Shown: positions 17,099 through 26,055 of the stretch, in pieces
Numbering within the stretch: position 1 is the stretch's first letter
Layout: every line of letters starts with the position of its first letter
NCBI GenBank assembly: GCA_020628065.1
Contig: JAHDFR010000004.1
Span: forward strand, 10,179-46,399
Direction of reading: 5' to 3'
From: Acidimicrobiales bacterium
GTDB lineage: Bacteria > Actinomycetota > Acidimicrobiia > Acidimicrobiales > SZUA-35
Length of the DNA stretch: 36,221 nt
Made by a program: the position numbers and the translations under genes
The notes under the pieces: model-generated
The model's input: the letters and a program-made list of their open reading frames with translations, nothing else
Databases searched by the model: none
What the model was told of the DNA's origin: nothing

Positions 17099-17887
17099 AT
17101 GCGCGAACTATTCCCGAGCGGAGACTCGGTCATCAGGTCCGAGGAACAAGACGGGGAACAAGACGATGTTGTGCGCGCCGTCCTGGCCGAGGACCGAGAT
17201 CCTCACCGGGATCGCCCGTGGTTGTTCGTCAACATGGTGGCCAGTATCGATGGAGCCACAGCTACCGACGGCACCTCCGGAGGACTGGGGGCCGAAGGTG
17301 ATCGGCTGGTGTTTCGTGGCCTCCGGTCAAGCGCCGACATAATTCTCGTCGGAGGCCGAACCGTCCGAGATGAGCGATACAGGCCACCAAGAGCTCATGC
17401 CGTTGCCTCGGCAAGTAGAACCGCCCGCAGCCAGGCAGACCGCCCCCGCCTAGCGGTAATCAGTGGGTCACTTCAGCTCAGCCTCGACCTTCCGTTTCTC
17501 ACCGACACCCCACCACCTCTGATCTTCCACCCACCCGGGGTTGACGACTCCCGCATCCAAAAGCTGTCGGACCGGGCCGAACTGGTGCCGATAGCAGACG
17601 TTGACACCGACGGCGCGCTGTCAATGTCAGCCGTTGTCGACGAGTTGGCCGGTCGCGGAGCTCAGCGCATCCTCAGTGAAGGCGGACCGTCAATCAACGG
17701 CCAACTGGTGGCCGCCGGCCTGGTGGATGAGTGGAACCTCACTCTGGCGCCTTTGACTGTTGGCGGATCTTCGCCCCGAGCCGCGGTGGGCCCACTGCCC
17801 GAAGGTCCCCCGTCCGGCATGCAGCTGCGACGGGTCTGGACAGACGACAGTTACCTTTTCTGCCGCTGGACAGCTGAGCGAACCTAA
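17099..17887 (+). CDS. RibD C-terminal / dihydrofolate reductase-like protein
   Basis: NMVASIDG, SGGLG...DRLVF..LR..AD.ILVG..TVRDE.Y, EGGP, LVDE; leaderless TAAACT-6nt-ATG. Confidence 0.85.
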   Translation: MRELFPSGDSVIRSEEQDGEQDDVVRAVLAEDRDPHRDRPWLFVNMVASIDGATATDGTSGGLGAEGDRLVFRGLRSSADIILVGGRTVRDERYRPPRAHAVASASRTARSQADRPRLAVISGSLQLSLDLPFLTDTPPPLIFHPPGVDDSRIQKLSDRAELVPIADVDTDGALSMSAVVDELAGRGAQRILSEGGPSINGQLVAAGLVDEWNLTLAPLTVGGSSPRAAVGPLPEGPPSGMQLRRVWTDDSYLFCRWTAERT

Positions 17888-17933
17888 AATCTCACCCGCA
17901 GCATGGATCGGGCGATGGTAGACCGGCGATCAG

Positions 17934-18443
17934 CTAGACCTCAGCCGTCTCCGAAGCGGGCGGCGCTTGATCGACACCGGGCCCGGCCTTGGAGTCGTTG
18001 ACCTTTATGAGACGAGCCTCTCGCTCAAAATCGGCAACGTTATCGAAGCCCTTGTAGACGCTGGCAAAGCGGAGGTAGGCCACCGGGTCCATAGCACGCA
18101 GTTGCTCCAAAACGGCCAGTCCTACCCACTCGGTTGAGACTTCACCGGCTTCAAACCTGGCGGCCTCGGCCACCCGTTCGGCGATCCCCTCGAAGTCGGT
18201 GCGAGTCAATGGCCTTCCCTTGCAGGCGGCCACCAAGCCCGACACAATCTTCTCCTCGTCAAACGGAACACCGACACCGGAGCGCTTGACCACCCGCAGT
18301 GGCTGCTCCTCTATCCGTTCAAACGTGGTGAATCGATAGTCGCAATCGAGGCAACTACGTCGGCGACGCACCGATGTTTCTCCGTCGGCCGACCGCGAAT
18401 CGACAACCTTTGTCTCGGATTCTCCACAGGACGGGCATCGCAC
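17934..18443 (-). CDS. nrdR: Transcriptional repressor NrdR
   Basis: RCPSC...VVDSR...RRRRSCLDC..RFTTFE zinc ribbon, VVKRSG ATP cone, VAYLRFASVY. Start set to GTG 18443. Confidence 0.96.
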   Translation of the reverse strand: MRCPSCGESETKVVDSRSADGETSVRRRRSCLDCDYRFTTFERIEEQPLRVVKRSGVGVPFDEEKIVSGLVAACKGRPLTRTDFEGIAERVAEAARFEAGEVSTEWVGLAVLEQLRAMDPVAYLRFASVYKGFDNVADFEREARLIKVNDSKAGPGVDQAPPASETAEV

Positions 18444-18466
18444 ATGGCCAACACTAGCGCTCCCAG

Positions 18467-19021
18467 TCACGCCAGGAGTTGGCCGGGTATTACAATTGCC
18501 TGACCAACGACTATGGCTGCACCACCATTGGCCTCCACCATGGCGGCGACGGCTTCACGCCGGTCTTGACCGGCAGCATATTCACCGGCCAAGGACCACA
18601 GCGAGTCTCCGGGGCCGGCCACGACAACAAGGTCACCGGGAGCAGCGGTTGACTCGGCAACCTGCTCACCTCCGTTGACGACAAACTCTGCGGGAGGTCC
18701 GCCTTGCGAGAGTCGAACCCCTACGAGCAGAGCCACAATCACCACAGCAACCACGGCTGCAGCCGTAGTGAGTCCGCCGACAAGACCCAACTTCTGCAAA
18801 GCGGCGTGAAGAAGATCGCCGCCCTGCGAGCCGATGGGCCGAGCGGATTGGGTGACATCGTTTCGTTGGCCGATCGGGCGATCGTTGTCGACCACCAGCC
18901 GAAGATGTCGCCTCGAAGGCTCCGTCCGCGAAATGGACGAACGTCCACGTTCAGCTCGACCGCCAACATCACACGACGTCAATCGGAATGATCCGGGGTA
19001 TTCGGTTACATGTGCGACCAT
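18467..19021 (-). CDS. Membrane-anchored LysM protein, probable SOS cell-division inhibitor (ChiZ/DivS/YneA-like)
   Basis: Single TM segment and C-terminal LysM (GPGDSLWSLA...ANG...IVVGQAIVIP); divergent from lexA behind SOS boxes. Confidence 0.75.
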   Translation of the reverse strand: MVAHVTEYPGSFRLTSCDVGGRAERGRSSISRTEPSRRHLRLVVDNDRPIGQRNDVTQSARPIGSQGGDLLHAALQKLGLVGGLTTAAAVVAVVIVALLVGVRLSQGGPPAEFVVNGGEQVAESTAAPGDLVVVAGPGDSLWSLAGEYAAGQDRREAVAAMVEANGGAAIVVGQAIVIPGQLLA

Positions 19022-19105
19022 GATGCGAGTATCTCCAAGTGGTGTGACAGTGAACTGGTCTGATAGGTAGAACTGTCGGCAGTATCCACCGCTTCAGCTC
19101 GAGGC

Positions 19106-19198
19106 CGAACTATTGTTCGTCGCACGAGTGTTCGATATAGTATCGAACATCCGTACGTATACAACATTCGGCGGACAAGTTTTCCGAACATCCGTTCA
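19106..19198. promoter_or_regulatory. Four LexA (SOS) boxes, CGAAC-N4-GTTCG type
   Basis: CGAACtattGTTCG 19106-19119; CGCACgagtGTTCG 19121-19134; CGAACatccGTACG 19144-19157; CGAACatccGTTCA 19185-19198. Confidence 0.88.
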
Positions 19199-19247
19199 CA
19201 GGCGCCATCAACAGGGTTTGGTGGCCTGAAGACCTTGGGAGGCAGCC

Positions 19248-19883
19248 ATGGGAGACCACAAACTGACTAAGCGGCAGCTGGCGATTTTGGAGTTCATCGA
19301 TCGCCAAATGCGGGAGAACGGTTTTCCCCCCTCGGTCAGGGAGATAGGCGCCGAAGTCGGGCTTGCCTCCCCGTCGTCGGTGCACTCCCAACTGGCCACG
19401 CTTCAACAGAACGGCTACCTGGTTCGAGACGAAACCAAGCCTCGGGCCATTCAGGTCCGCTGGGACTCCCTGACCGGGGCGGCCGACGTGGAGCGTCGAC
19501 CGGTACGACACGTTCCCCTTGTCGGCCAAGTTGCCGCCGGAACCGACGTCTTGGCCGAGGAACACATCGAAGAGACCTTGCCGGTTCCGGCTGATCTCAC
19601 CGGCGAAGGCGACCTGTTCATGCTAACCGTTCGCGGCGAGTCCATGATTGAGGCCGGCATTCTCGACGGAGACTTCGTGGTGGCCCGCGTCCAATCAACC
19701 GCCGAGAACGGAGACATCGTGGTGGCCGGGATCCCCGGTGAGGAAGCCACGGTCAAGACGTACTGGCGCAAAGCCGGAAAAGTCATCCTTGAGCCGGCCA
19801 ACGCCACCATGGAGCCCATGGAATTCACTGGCGATGATGTCGTGATTTACGGCAAGGTCGTCACGGTGATGCGGAGGCTCTGA
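19248..19883 (+). CDS. lexA: SOS repressor LexA
   Basis: LTKRQ..IL, PPSVREIG HTH, VAAG cleavage site, GESM (Ser), ATVK (Lys); GGGAGG RBS. Confidence 0.97.
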   Translation: MGDHKLTKRQLAILEFIDRQMRENGFPPSVREIGAEVGLASPSSVHSQLATLQQNGYLVRDETKPRAIQVRWDSLTGAADVERRPVRHVPLVGQVAAGTDVLAEEHIEETLPVPADLTGEGDLFMLTVRGESMIEAGILDGDFVVARVQSTAENGDIVVAGIPGEEATVKTYWRKAGKVILEPANATMEPMEFTGDDVVIYGKVVTVMRRL

Positions 19884-19962
19884 CCCTCCAAGGCTGGGAC
19901 CGTGCTCAGTCGCAGTGCGCCAGCCCACAAGTCCAACAGCAAAAAGTGCGGGCGTAAAAGTT

Positions 19963-20008
19963 GCAATGGGTTGGCTTAGCGGTCTCGTCCGTCAAGCCAA
20001 CCCATCGC
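19963..20008 (+). terminator. Long hairpin downstream of lexA, putative terminator
   Basis: Perfect 12-bp arms ATGGGTTGGCTT (19966-19977) / AAGCCAACCCAT (19994-20005), followed by TGTGTT. Confidence 0.55.
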
Positions 20009-20216
20009 TGTGTTCCCCCTCAAGCTAGACCTCGGCGGCCACCGGTCGGCATTGCGACTTCCGGGCCAACCACATGCGCCGGGCTTGATAGTTTGGGCAA
20101 AATCTCAGCTTGGGTAAATGTTAACAGCAGGTCAACAGTTTCGGCCAGCTTGGCCGTGTCGAATCGCACTTGCCTGCGGCCGCCTCAGCCACGCTGACGG
20201 GGTAGCCTGGAAGCTG

Positions 20217-20567
20217 ATGACAACGGCCAACACGCCCGCTGAATCAAGTATTGCCACTGGTGACCGACCCGAAGTCGCTGAGCCCGAGCGGGTCTTCAGC
20301 AGCTCAATCGTGATCTCGGGCATCAGGTGCGTACTGACGTATCTGATTTTCCCGTTCGTAGCCCCCCTCGTCGGATTGGCGCCCGGAGTTGGCGCAGGGT
20401 TCGGTCTGGTCATCGGCCTCTTTGCCATCGGGGCCAACGTGTTCAGCATCCGCCGATTCTGGAAGGCCGATCATCGTTTGAAGGTTCCGGTGACAGTGCT
20501 ACACGTAGCCGTAATCGCACTCCTGGTCTTTTTGGCGGCGCGCGACGTACTGGAGCTCACCTCCTAG
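20217..20567 (+). CDS. Small membrane protein (~3 TM)
   Basis: Hydrophobic segments, ISGIRCVLTY motif. Start set to ATG 20217, 8 nt after TAGCCT. Confidence 0.7.
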   Translation: MTTANTPAESSIATGDRPEVAEPERVFSSSIVISGIRCVLTYLIFPFVAPLVGLAPGVGAGFGLVIGLFAIGANVFSIRRFWKADHRLKVPVTVLHVAVIALLVFLAARDVLELTS

Positions 20568-20569
20568 CC

Positions 20570-20971
20570 ATGAGACCCGTGTACCTCATCGGTGGCTTCT
20601 TCTGCGTAGGTATGGGCTGGCTCGGACTCATCACGCCCGGGCTGCCCGGCACGGTGTTCTTTGTTGGTGCCGCCTGGTGCTTTTCCCGTTCAAACCCTCG
20701 GCTTGAACAGTGGGTGCTCGATCTTCCGGCCGTAGGTCCGATGGTTCGCGACTACCGCAGCGGCCTCGGCATGCCTCGGCGGGCCAAGATCATCGCCGTG
20801 TCGTGTATCGCCGTCGCCTGCTTCTACAGCGTGGGATTTGTCATTGAACCACTGTGGGTAAGGCTCCTCGTGGCGTCGATCGGAGCGTTCGGGATCTGGT
20901 ACGTCGGTATCCGAATCCCGACGAGAGAGACGGTAATGGCCGGCCAGCTCGACCTGGCCGATCAGAGCTGA
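20570..20971 (+). CDS. YbaN/DUF454 family inner-membrane protein
   Basis: G...PGLPGTVFF..AAWCFSRS.PRL..W.L..P..GP...DY..G.GMPRRAK; ATG 2 nt after the previous stop. Confidence 0.85.
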   Translation: MRPVYLIGGFFCVGMGWLGLITPGLPGTVFFVGAAWCFSRSNPRLEQWVLDLPAVGPMVRDYRSGLGMPRRAKIIAVSCIAVACFYSVGFVIEPLWVRLLVASIGAFGIWYVGIRIPTRETVMAGQLDLADQS

Positions 20972-21055
20972 CCAATCCACCGGTTTGGCCCTCGGGCGTC
21001 GCCGACCTGCGAACAGGTGGCGAGCCGTCTCAATTTCCTGGCTTTCTGGCCTGAC

Positions 21056-21955
21056 TTACTGGCCTGAGTGCAGCGCCTCGTTGATGCCACCCCACCGGTC
21101 AGGATCGGATTCTCGAGCCTCAACCGCACCGGTGACTGAATTCTGCAGATAAAGCAGTCCGGGGCGACCGGAGAGTTCCTTGGCTTTGACTGTCTCTCCG
21201 CTCGGCAGCGTCACAACCGTGCCGGCGGTTACGTACACTCCGGCGGCCACGGTGCAACCATCGCCCAGTGAAATACCGATGCCGGCGTTCGCGCCGATCA
21301 AGCAGTTCTCACCCACCGTGATCCGCTCAGTGCCACCGCCGGACAGGGTGCCCATGATGGATGCACCGCCTCCCACGTCGCTGTGCGCTCCGACCACTAC
21401 GCCCTGGCTTATACGTCCCTCCACCATGGCCGAGCCGATGGTGCCGGCGTTGAAGTTCACGAAACCCTCGTGCATCACGGTGGTTCCCTCCGCCAAGTGG
21501 GCTCCCAGGCGGACCCGTGTGGCATCGGCGATGCGAACCCCACTCGGCATGACGTAGTCGGCCATGTGCGGAAACTTGTCGACTCCACGTACCAACAACG
21601 TGTGGCCTTCAGCGCCGGCCAAGGCCCGCAAGCGGTCGAGGTTGTCCGGCGTCACCGGACCAGCCGACGTCCAGGCAACGTTGGTCATGTGACCGAAGAT
21701 GCCTTCGACGCTGATGGAGTTGGGGGTCACCTGTCGGTTCGACAGCATGTGCAGTCTCAGATAGGCGTCGGCGGCGTCAACCGGTGGCGCGCCGAGGTCC
21801 TCGATCGTGGTGGTGATGACTTCGCCCTTGATCAGCCCCAGCTTTTCGGCCAGGCATGTCCTGGCCGGTTCGACCCCTTCGGAGGGGTACCAGGCATCAA
21901 GTCTCGCTCCGGTCTCGGCGTCGACGTAGCTGTGTCCAGTCGCTGAAGCAGTCAT
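21056..21955 (-). CDS. dapD: Tetrahydrodipicolinate N-succinyltransferase (actinobacterial type)
   Basis: DAYLRLH.LS.R, VDKFP, VRLGAHLAEGTTVMHEGFVNFNAGT, MVEGRISQGVVVG, GGGASIMGTLSGGG. Confidence 0.93.
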   Translation of the reverse strand: MTASATGHSYVDAETGARLDAWYPSEGVEPARTCLAEKLGLIKGEVITTTIEDLGAPPVDAADAYLRLHMLSNRQVTPNSISVEGIFGHMTNVAWTSAGPVTPDNLDRLRALAGAEGHTLLVRGVDKFPHMADYVMPSGVRIADATRVRLGAHLAEGTTVMHEGFVNFNAGTIGSAMVEGRISQGVVVGAHSDVGGGASIMGTLSGGGTERITVGENCLIGANAGIGISLGDGCTVAAGVYVTAGTVVTLPSGETVKAKELSGRPGLLYLQNSVTGAVEARESDPDRWGGINEALHSGQ

Positions 21956-22098
21956 GGCCTCATCCTAGAGGTCAACGAACCAACCGAAGGACCAAAATCA
22001 CCTGCCGCTCAACGACGACTATCGTTGGCTCATGACTTGGACTCTTAGGAGTGCTGCACCGACCGGCCGTGACACCGTTGGAGCTGGGTGAGCCTTCG

Positions 22099-22548
22099 AT
22101 GGCCCGACTATTGGTAGTGCACCACACCCCGTCTCCGGCTACCCACTCCATGCTCCTGCAGGTGCTGGAAGGGGCTCGACAACCGGACATCGTCGATGTT
22201 GAGGTGGCCTCGGTAGCGGCGCTGGCGGCGTCGCCCATTGACGTTATCGGCGCCGACGGCTACCTCATTGGCTCACCGGCCAACCTCGGCTACCTCAGCG
22301 GTGCAGTCAAGCACTTTTTCGACACGATCTACTATCCCTGTCTGGAGGAGACCCGAGGGCGGTCGTTCGGTGTTTACCTTCACGGCAATGACGATTGCAC
22401 CGGCGCCCTGGCGGCGACGGAGACAATCACTACCGGACTGGGGTGGAAAATGGCGCAAGCCCCGGTGGTTGTCACGGGAGCGCCTCAGGCCGCCGATCTT
22501 GAACGCTGTTGGGAACTCGGTGCCGCCATCGCTGCCGGCCTAAGCTAA
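22099..22548 (+). CDS. Flavodoxin-family / NAD(P)H-dependent oxidoreductase
   Basis: LLVVHHTPS, ADGYLIGSPANLGYLSGAVKHFFD, CWELGA. Start set to ATG 22099. Confidence 0.8.
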   Translation: MARLLVVHHTPSPATHSMLLQVLEGARQPDIVDVEVASVAALAASPIDVIGADGYLIGSPANLGYLSGAVKHFFDTIYYPCLEETRGRSFGVYLHGNDDCTGALAATETITTGLGWKMAQAPVVVTGAPQAADLERCWELGAAIAAGLS

Positions 22549-22558
22549 CCCGAGAGAA

Positions 22559-23761
22559 TCAGGCCCCTAGTCGGTCGGACAACAACTGCAGTCGAACATC
22601 GGGCTGTACAACGGCCACACGGATGTGACCCGCCCCTTGAGGACCGTAAAACTCTCCGGGGCTGACTACCGCACCGATATCTGTGGCCAACCGTTCGGCC
22701 AAGGCCCAGGCGTCGCCGCCGGGCGCTGGTGCCCAAAGGTAGAAACCGCCGTCAGGCAGCGGGGCGTTCACGCCAAACTTGGCCAGCACCGTCTGCATCA
22801 TCTCCAATCGTTGGCGATACAGGCTGCGTTGCTGCTCAACATGGGACTCGTCACCCAAAGCGGCCAACCCGGCTGCCTGTGACGGTCCCGGTGGCATGAA
22901 GCCGGCATGTTTGCGTATCTCACCCAGGTAGTGAACAAGATCGGGGTCTCCGGCATAGAAGCCCGAACGGACACCGGCCAGGTTGGAACGCTTCGACAGT
23001 GAGTGGATCGCCAGAACTCCGTCGTGCCCGGACTCCAGAATCGTGCGTGGCGGCCCGCTCCAAGTGAAGGCGATGTAGCACTCGTCGGAAACGACCGGAA
23101 CAGCGTTGGCTCGTCCCCAATCTGCGGCCTGGGTGAGGTCATCTAGACCACCGGCCGGGTTACCCGGGGTGTTGACCCATAGGCACAACGCTCGGGCGGC
23201 GTCGGCGGGGTCGATGGCGTCAAGGCGTATGCGCCACGACTCATCCACCGGCACGGCTACTGATCGACACCCGGCCAGCGTCGCCCCCATGGCATAACTG
23301 GGGTAGCTGACGGCCGGATACAGCACGGTGTCTCGACTGGGTGATCGCAACTTCAGCCAGTGAGGAAGTCCGGCGACGAACTCTTTGGAACCGATGGTTG
23401 CCCGTACCGACTCGGCGGTGAGCTGGGCTGACCCCTGCAAGCCGGCATACGAATTGAGCCAGTCGGCCGCAGCGGAGCGGAACTCGCCGGTCCCAATCGA
23501 CGGCGGGTACGAACGCTCGGTCTTCGACGTTGCCAACGCATCAACAACAGCCGCAGGAGGCTCATCGAACGGCGTACCAATCGACAAGTCAACGGCTCCG
23601 CCGGAATGCGACTGAGCCAGCTGTTTAATGCCGTTGAGTCGGTCATAGGGATACGGCGGTGGGACGAAACCGTCGGGATCTCCACCAGTATCTCCACCGG
23701 GAGCTCCGCTGTCGGTTCCGCTGTGTCCTCCGATGTTGGAGGCCGATCCGGCGTCAGACAT
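22559..23761 (-). CDS. dapC: PLP aminotransferase, probable N-succinyldiaminopimelate aminotransferase
   Basis: DLSIGTP, IGSKE, NTPGNPAG, SDECY, SLSKRSNLAG.RSG (PLP Lys); close to dapD and dapF. Confidence 0.85.
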   Translation of the reverse strand: MSDAGSASNIGGHSGTDSGAPGGDTGGDPDGFVPPPYPYDRLNGIKQLAQSHSGGAVDLSIGTPFDEPPAAVVDALATSKTERSYPPSIGTGEFRSAAADWLNSYAGLQGSAQLTAESVRATIGSKEFVAGLPHWLKLRSPSRDTVLYPAVSYPSYAMGATLAGCRSVAVPVDESWRIRLDAIDPADAARALCLWVNTPGNPAGGLDDLTQAADWGRANAVPVVSDECYIAFTWSGPPRTILESGHDGVLAIHSLSKRSNLAGVRSGFYAGDPDLVHYLGEIRKHAGFMPPGPSQAAGLAALGDESHVEQQRSLYRQRLEMMQTVLAKFGVNAPLPDGGFYLWAPAPGGDAWALAERLATDIGAVVSPGEFYGPQGAGHIRVAVVQPDVRLQLLSDRLGA

Positions 23762-25193
23762 CTTGTTCCGACATCTTGGCCACGATTACCTCAGACAGTC
23801 GTTGGGCCGACGCCGGTTCCAGACGGGCGACAACACGCATTCCCTTTTCCTCCGATTCCTCGCTGAGTACCTGCCCCTCGCGATGGCTGGCGGCCAGCAG
23901 GTCGCCTCTGGCCCAGGGCACGAACAACTCGTAGACGTCGGTCATGGCCCGCAATGCTGAGCCAAGGGCGTCCAGGAAGTCTTCAACACCCTCGCCCGTT
24001 ACCGCCGACATGGCCACCGATCCGGGATGACGTCGAAGCAAGGAATCGGTGTCTTCGGCCAGATCCAGTTTGTTGAAAACCAACAGCTGCGGGATCTCCT
24101 CCGCCCCGATTTCGGCCAACACGTCGCGAACGGCGTTGATGTGAGCATCAGTGTCAGCGACCGACCCGTCGATCACATGAACCAGCAAGTCGGCTGACGC
24201 TGCTACTTCCAGCGTCGATTTAAAGGCTTCGACCAACTGATGAGGCAGTTTGCGAACGAATCCGACCGTGTCGGTCAACAGGATCTGCTCACCTCCCGGC
24301 AGCTGGAGTTTGCGGGTCGTTGGATCCAGGGTGGCAAACAGACGATCTTCGACCCGAACATCGGCGCCGGTCAACCGTCGGAGAAGTGACGACTTGCCGG
24401 CGTTGGTGTAGCCAACGATCGACACCGTGCGGTAGGGGGACCGGTGGCGGGCTTTGCGTTGGTTGTCCCGACGGGCGGCAATGGAAGCCAGATCTCGCTC
24501 CAGCTTGTGCATTCGTCGCACCAGACGACGGCGATCAACCTCAAGTTGGGTCTCGCCAGGCCCTCGGGTTCCGATGCCACCACCCTGCTGGCTGAAGTTC
24601 TTTTTGTTTCGTAGCCGGGGAAGGCGATACCGAAGTTGAGCCAGCTCGACCTGGGCTTTACCTTCGGCCGAGGTGGCGTGTTGGGCAAAGATGTCGAGAA
24701 TCACGGCGGTGCGATCGAGCGCGGTTCGTTTGAGCATCTTCTCGAGATTTACCTGTTGGCCGGGACTCAGCTCATCATCAAAGACAACAGTGTCGGCATC
24801 GATGGCCTTGGATGACTCAAGAATCTCCTGAACCTTGCCCCGACCGACGAAGGTGGCGGGATCCGGCCGATCACGCTTTTGCACGATCCGCTCCAGGGCA
24901 TCAGCCCCTGCGGTGTCAACCAGCAGGGCAAGCTCATCAAGCGAGGCGTCGGTCTCAGCCTCTGTCCGGTCGGTGGTGGTCACACCTACCAGGACAATCC
25001 GCTCGCGAAAGGCCCGGTCAAGAAACCCGGTTTCGGCGCCGCCGAACTCTCCGAATGCTCCGCGATGGTCGCTCTCCAGCGAACCATCATCCCAGGTCAG
25101 CGCACTCTGATCGGCAAATTCATCGAAGTCGATGTCGGCCCCGCCGTCGGTTTCCGGCTTTGAAGTTGTGGGGAGGAGCCGATCGTCAGCCAA
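23754..25193 (-). CDS. hflX: Ribosome-splitting GTPase HflX
   Basis: ILDIFAQHA..AEGKAQVELA, GIGTRGPGETQLE.DRR, GYTNAGKS, LFATLDPT, DTVGF, NKLD. Start uncertain (TTG 25193 chosen). Confidence 0.94.
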   Translation of the reverse strand: MADDRLLPTTSKPETDGGADIDFDEFADQSALTWDDGSLESDHRGAFGEFGGAETGFLDRAFRERIVLVGVTTTDRTEAETDASLDELALLVDTAGADALERIVQKRDRPDPATFVGRGKVQEILESSKAIDADTVVFDDELSPGQQVNLEKMLKRTALDRTAVILDIFAQHATSAEGKAQVELAQLRYRLPRLRNKKNFSQQGGGIGTRGPGETQLEVDRRRLVRRMHKLERDLASIAARRDNQRKARHRSPYRTVSIVGYTNAGKSSLLRRLTGADVRVEDRLFATLDPTTRKLQLPGGEQILLTDTVGFVRKLPHQLVEAFKSTLEVAASADLLVHVIDGSVADTDAHINAVRDVLAEIGAEEIPQLLVFNKLDLAEDTDSLLRRHPGSVAMSAVTGEGVEDFLDALGSALRAMTDVYELFVPWARGDLLAASHREGQVLSEESEEKGMRVVARLEPASAQRLSEVIVAKMSEQDV

Positions 25194-26016
25194 CAAGCAC
25201 TCTTCCGATGTAGGTTGATGGGCCGATGAGATGAATGTCGTCATCGGACAACTCAACAGTAGCTGAACCCCCTGGCATGGTCACAGCGATTTCGGTGTCC
25301 GCCAGATTGAGCCGATGGGCCGCCCACGCAGCGGCGCAGGCACCCGACCCGCAGGCCTGGGTGACTCCCACCCCACGCTCCCAGACAATCAGATCAAGGC
25401 TGTGCGGTCCCGTAACCTGCACGCAGTGCACGTTCATCCCTCCCGGGAACTCTGCTTCTATCCGAGGTCCAACGGTCGAGATATCAATCCCATCGAGGGT
25501 CGGGAAGAAGGCCACGAGATGAGGGTTTCCGATATCAACCGCCATTTGATGTTCAGGGCTATGGCCGGTTTGCTCCCAGCCACGGGCGATGGCCGGACCG
25601 GAACGCCCGAGACCCATTGACGCTTTCACGTTCCAGGTCGGCCCGTCGGTCGGTTGCACCCGTAGCGTTCTTGATCCGGCGTCGGTATCGACGGTCAGGT
25701 TGAACTCGCCCGCCGTGACGTCGGCCGCAACCTGACGCATCGAGATGGCGTGACCCAGGCATCGCAGTCCGTTGCCGCTGATCTCGGCTCGACCTCCGTC
25801 GGCGTTCCATAAGACCATCGACCACTTCGTCGAAGTCACATCTCCGCCGACGGGTTCCGACACGAGAAGGCCATCAGCTCCAAACCCGGTGTGGCGGTCG
25901 CACCACGACCGGGCTTCATCCGCTCCAAGCGGCCGATCCGGGGCCAAGGCAATCAGAAAGTCGTTGCCCAACCCATGGTGTTTGACGAGCTCAACGTCGG
26001 AGGCGGTGACAGTCAC
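25186..26016 (-). CDS. dapF: Diaminopimelate epimerase
   Basis: KHHGLGNDF, DRHTGFGADG, NADG..AEISGNGLRC, GNPH, WERGVG.TQACGSG. Confidence 0.92.
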   Translation of the reverse strand: MTVTASDVELVKHHGLGNDFLIALAPDRPLGADEARSWCDRHTGFGADGLLVSEPVGGDVTSTKWSMVLWNADGGRAEISGNGLRCLGHAISMRQVAADVTAGEFNLTVDTDAGSRTLRVQPTDGPTWNVKASMGLGRSGPAIARGWEQTGHSPEHQMAVDIGNPHLVAFFPTLDGIDISTVGPRIEAEFPGGMNVHCVQVTGPHSLDLIVWERGVGVTQACGSGACAAAWAAHRLNLADTEIAVTMPGGSATVELSDDDIHLIGPSTYIGRVLVG

Positions 26017-26055
26017 TCCCCCACTGTAGAGCGGAGCACGACCTCGACCGTCGAA

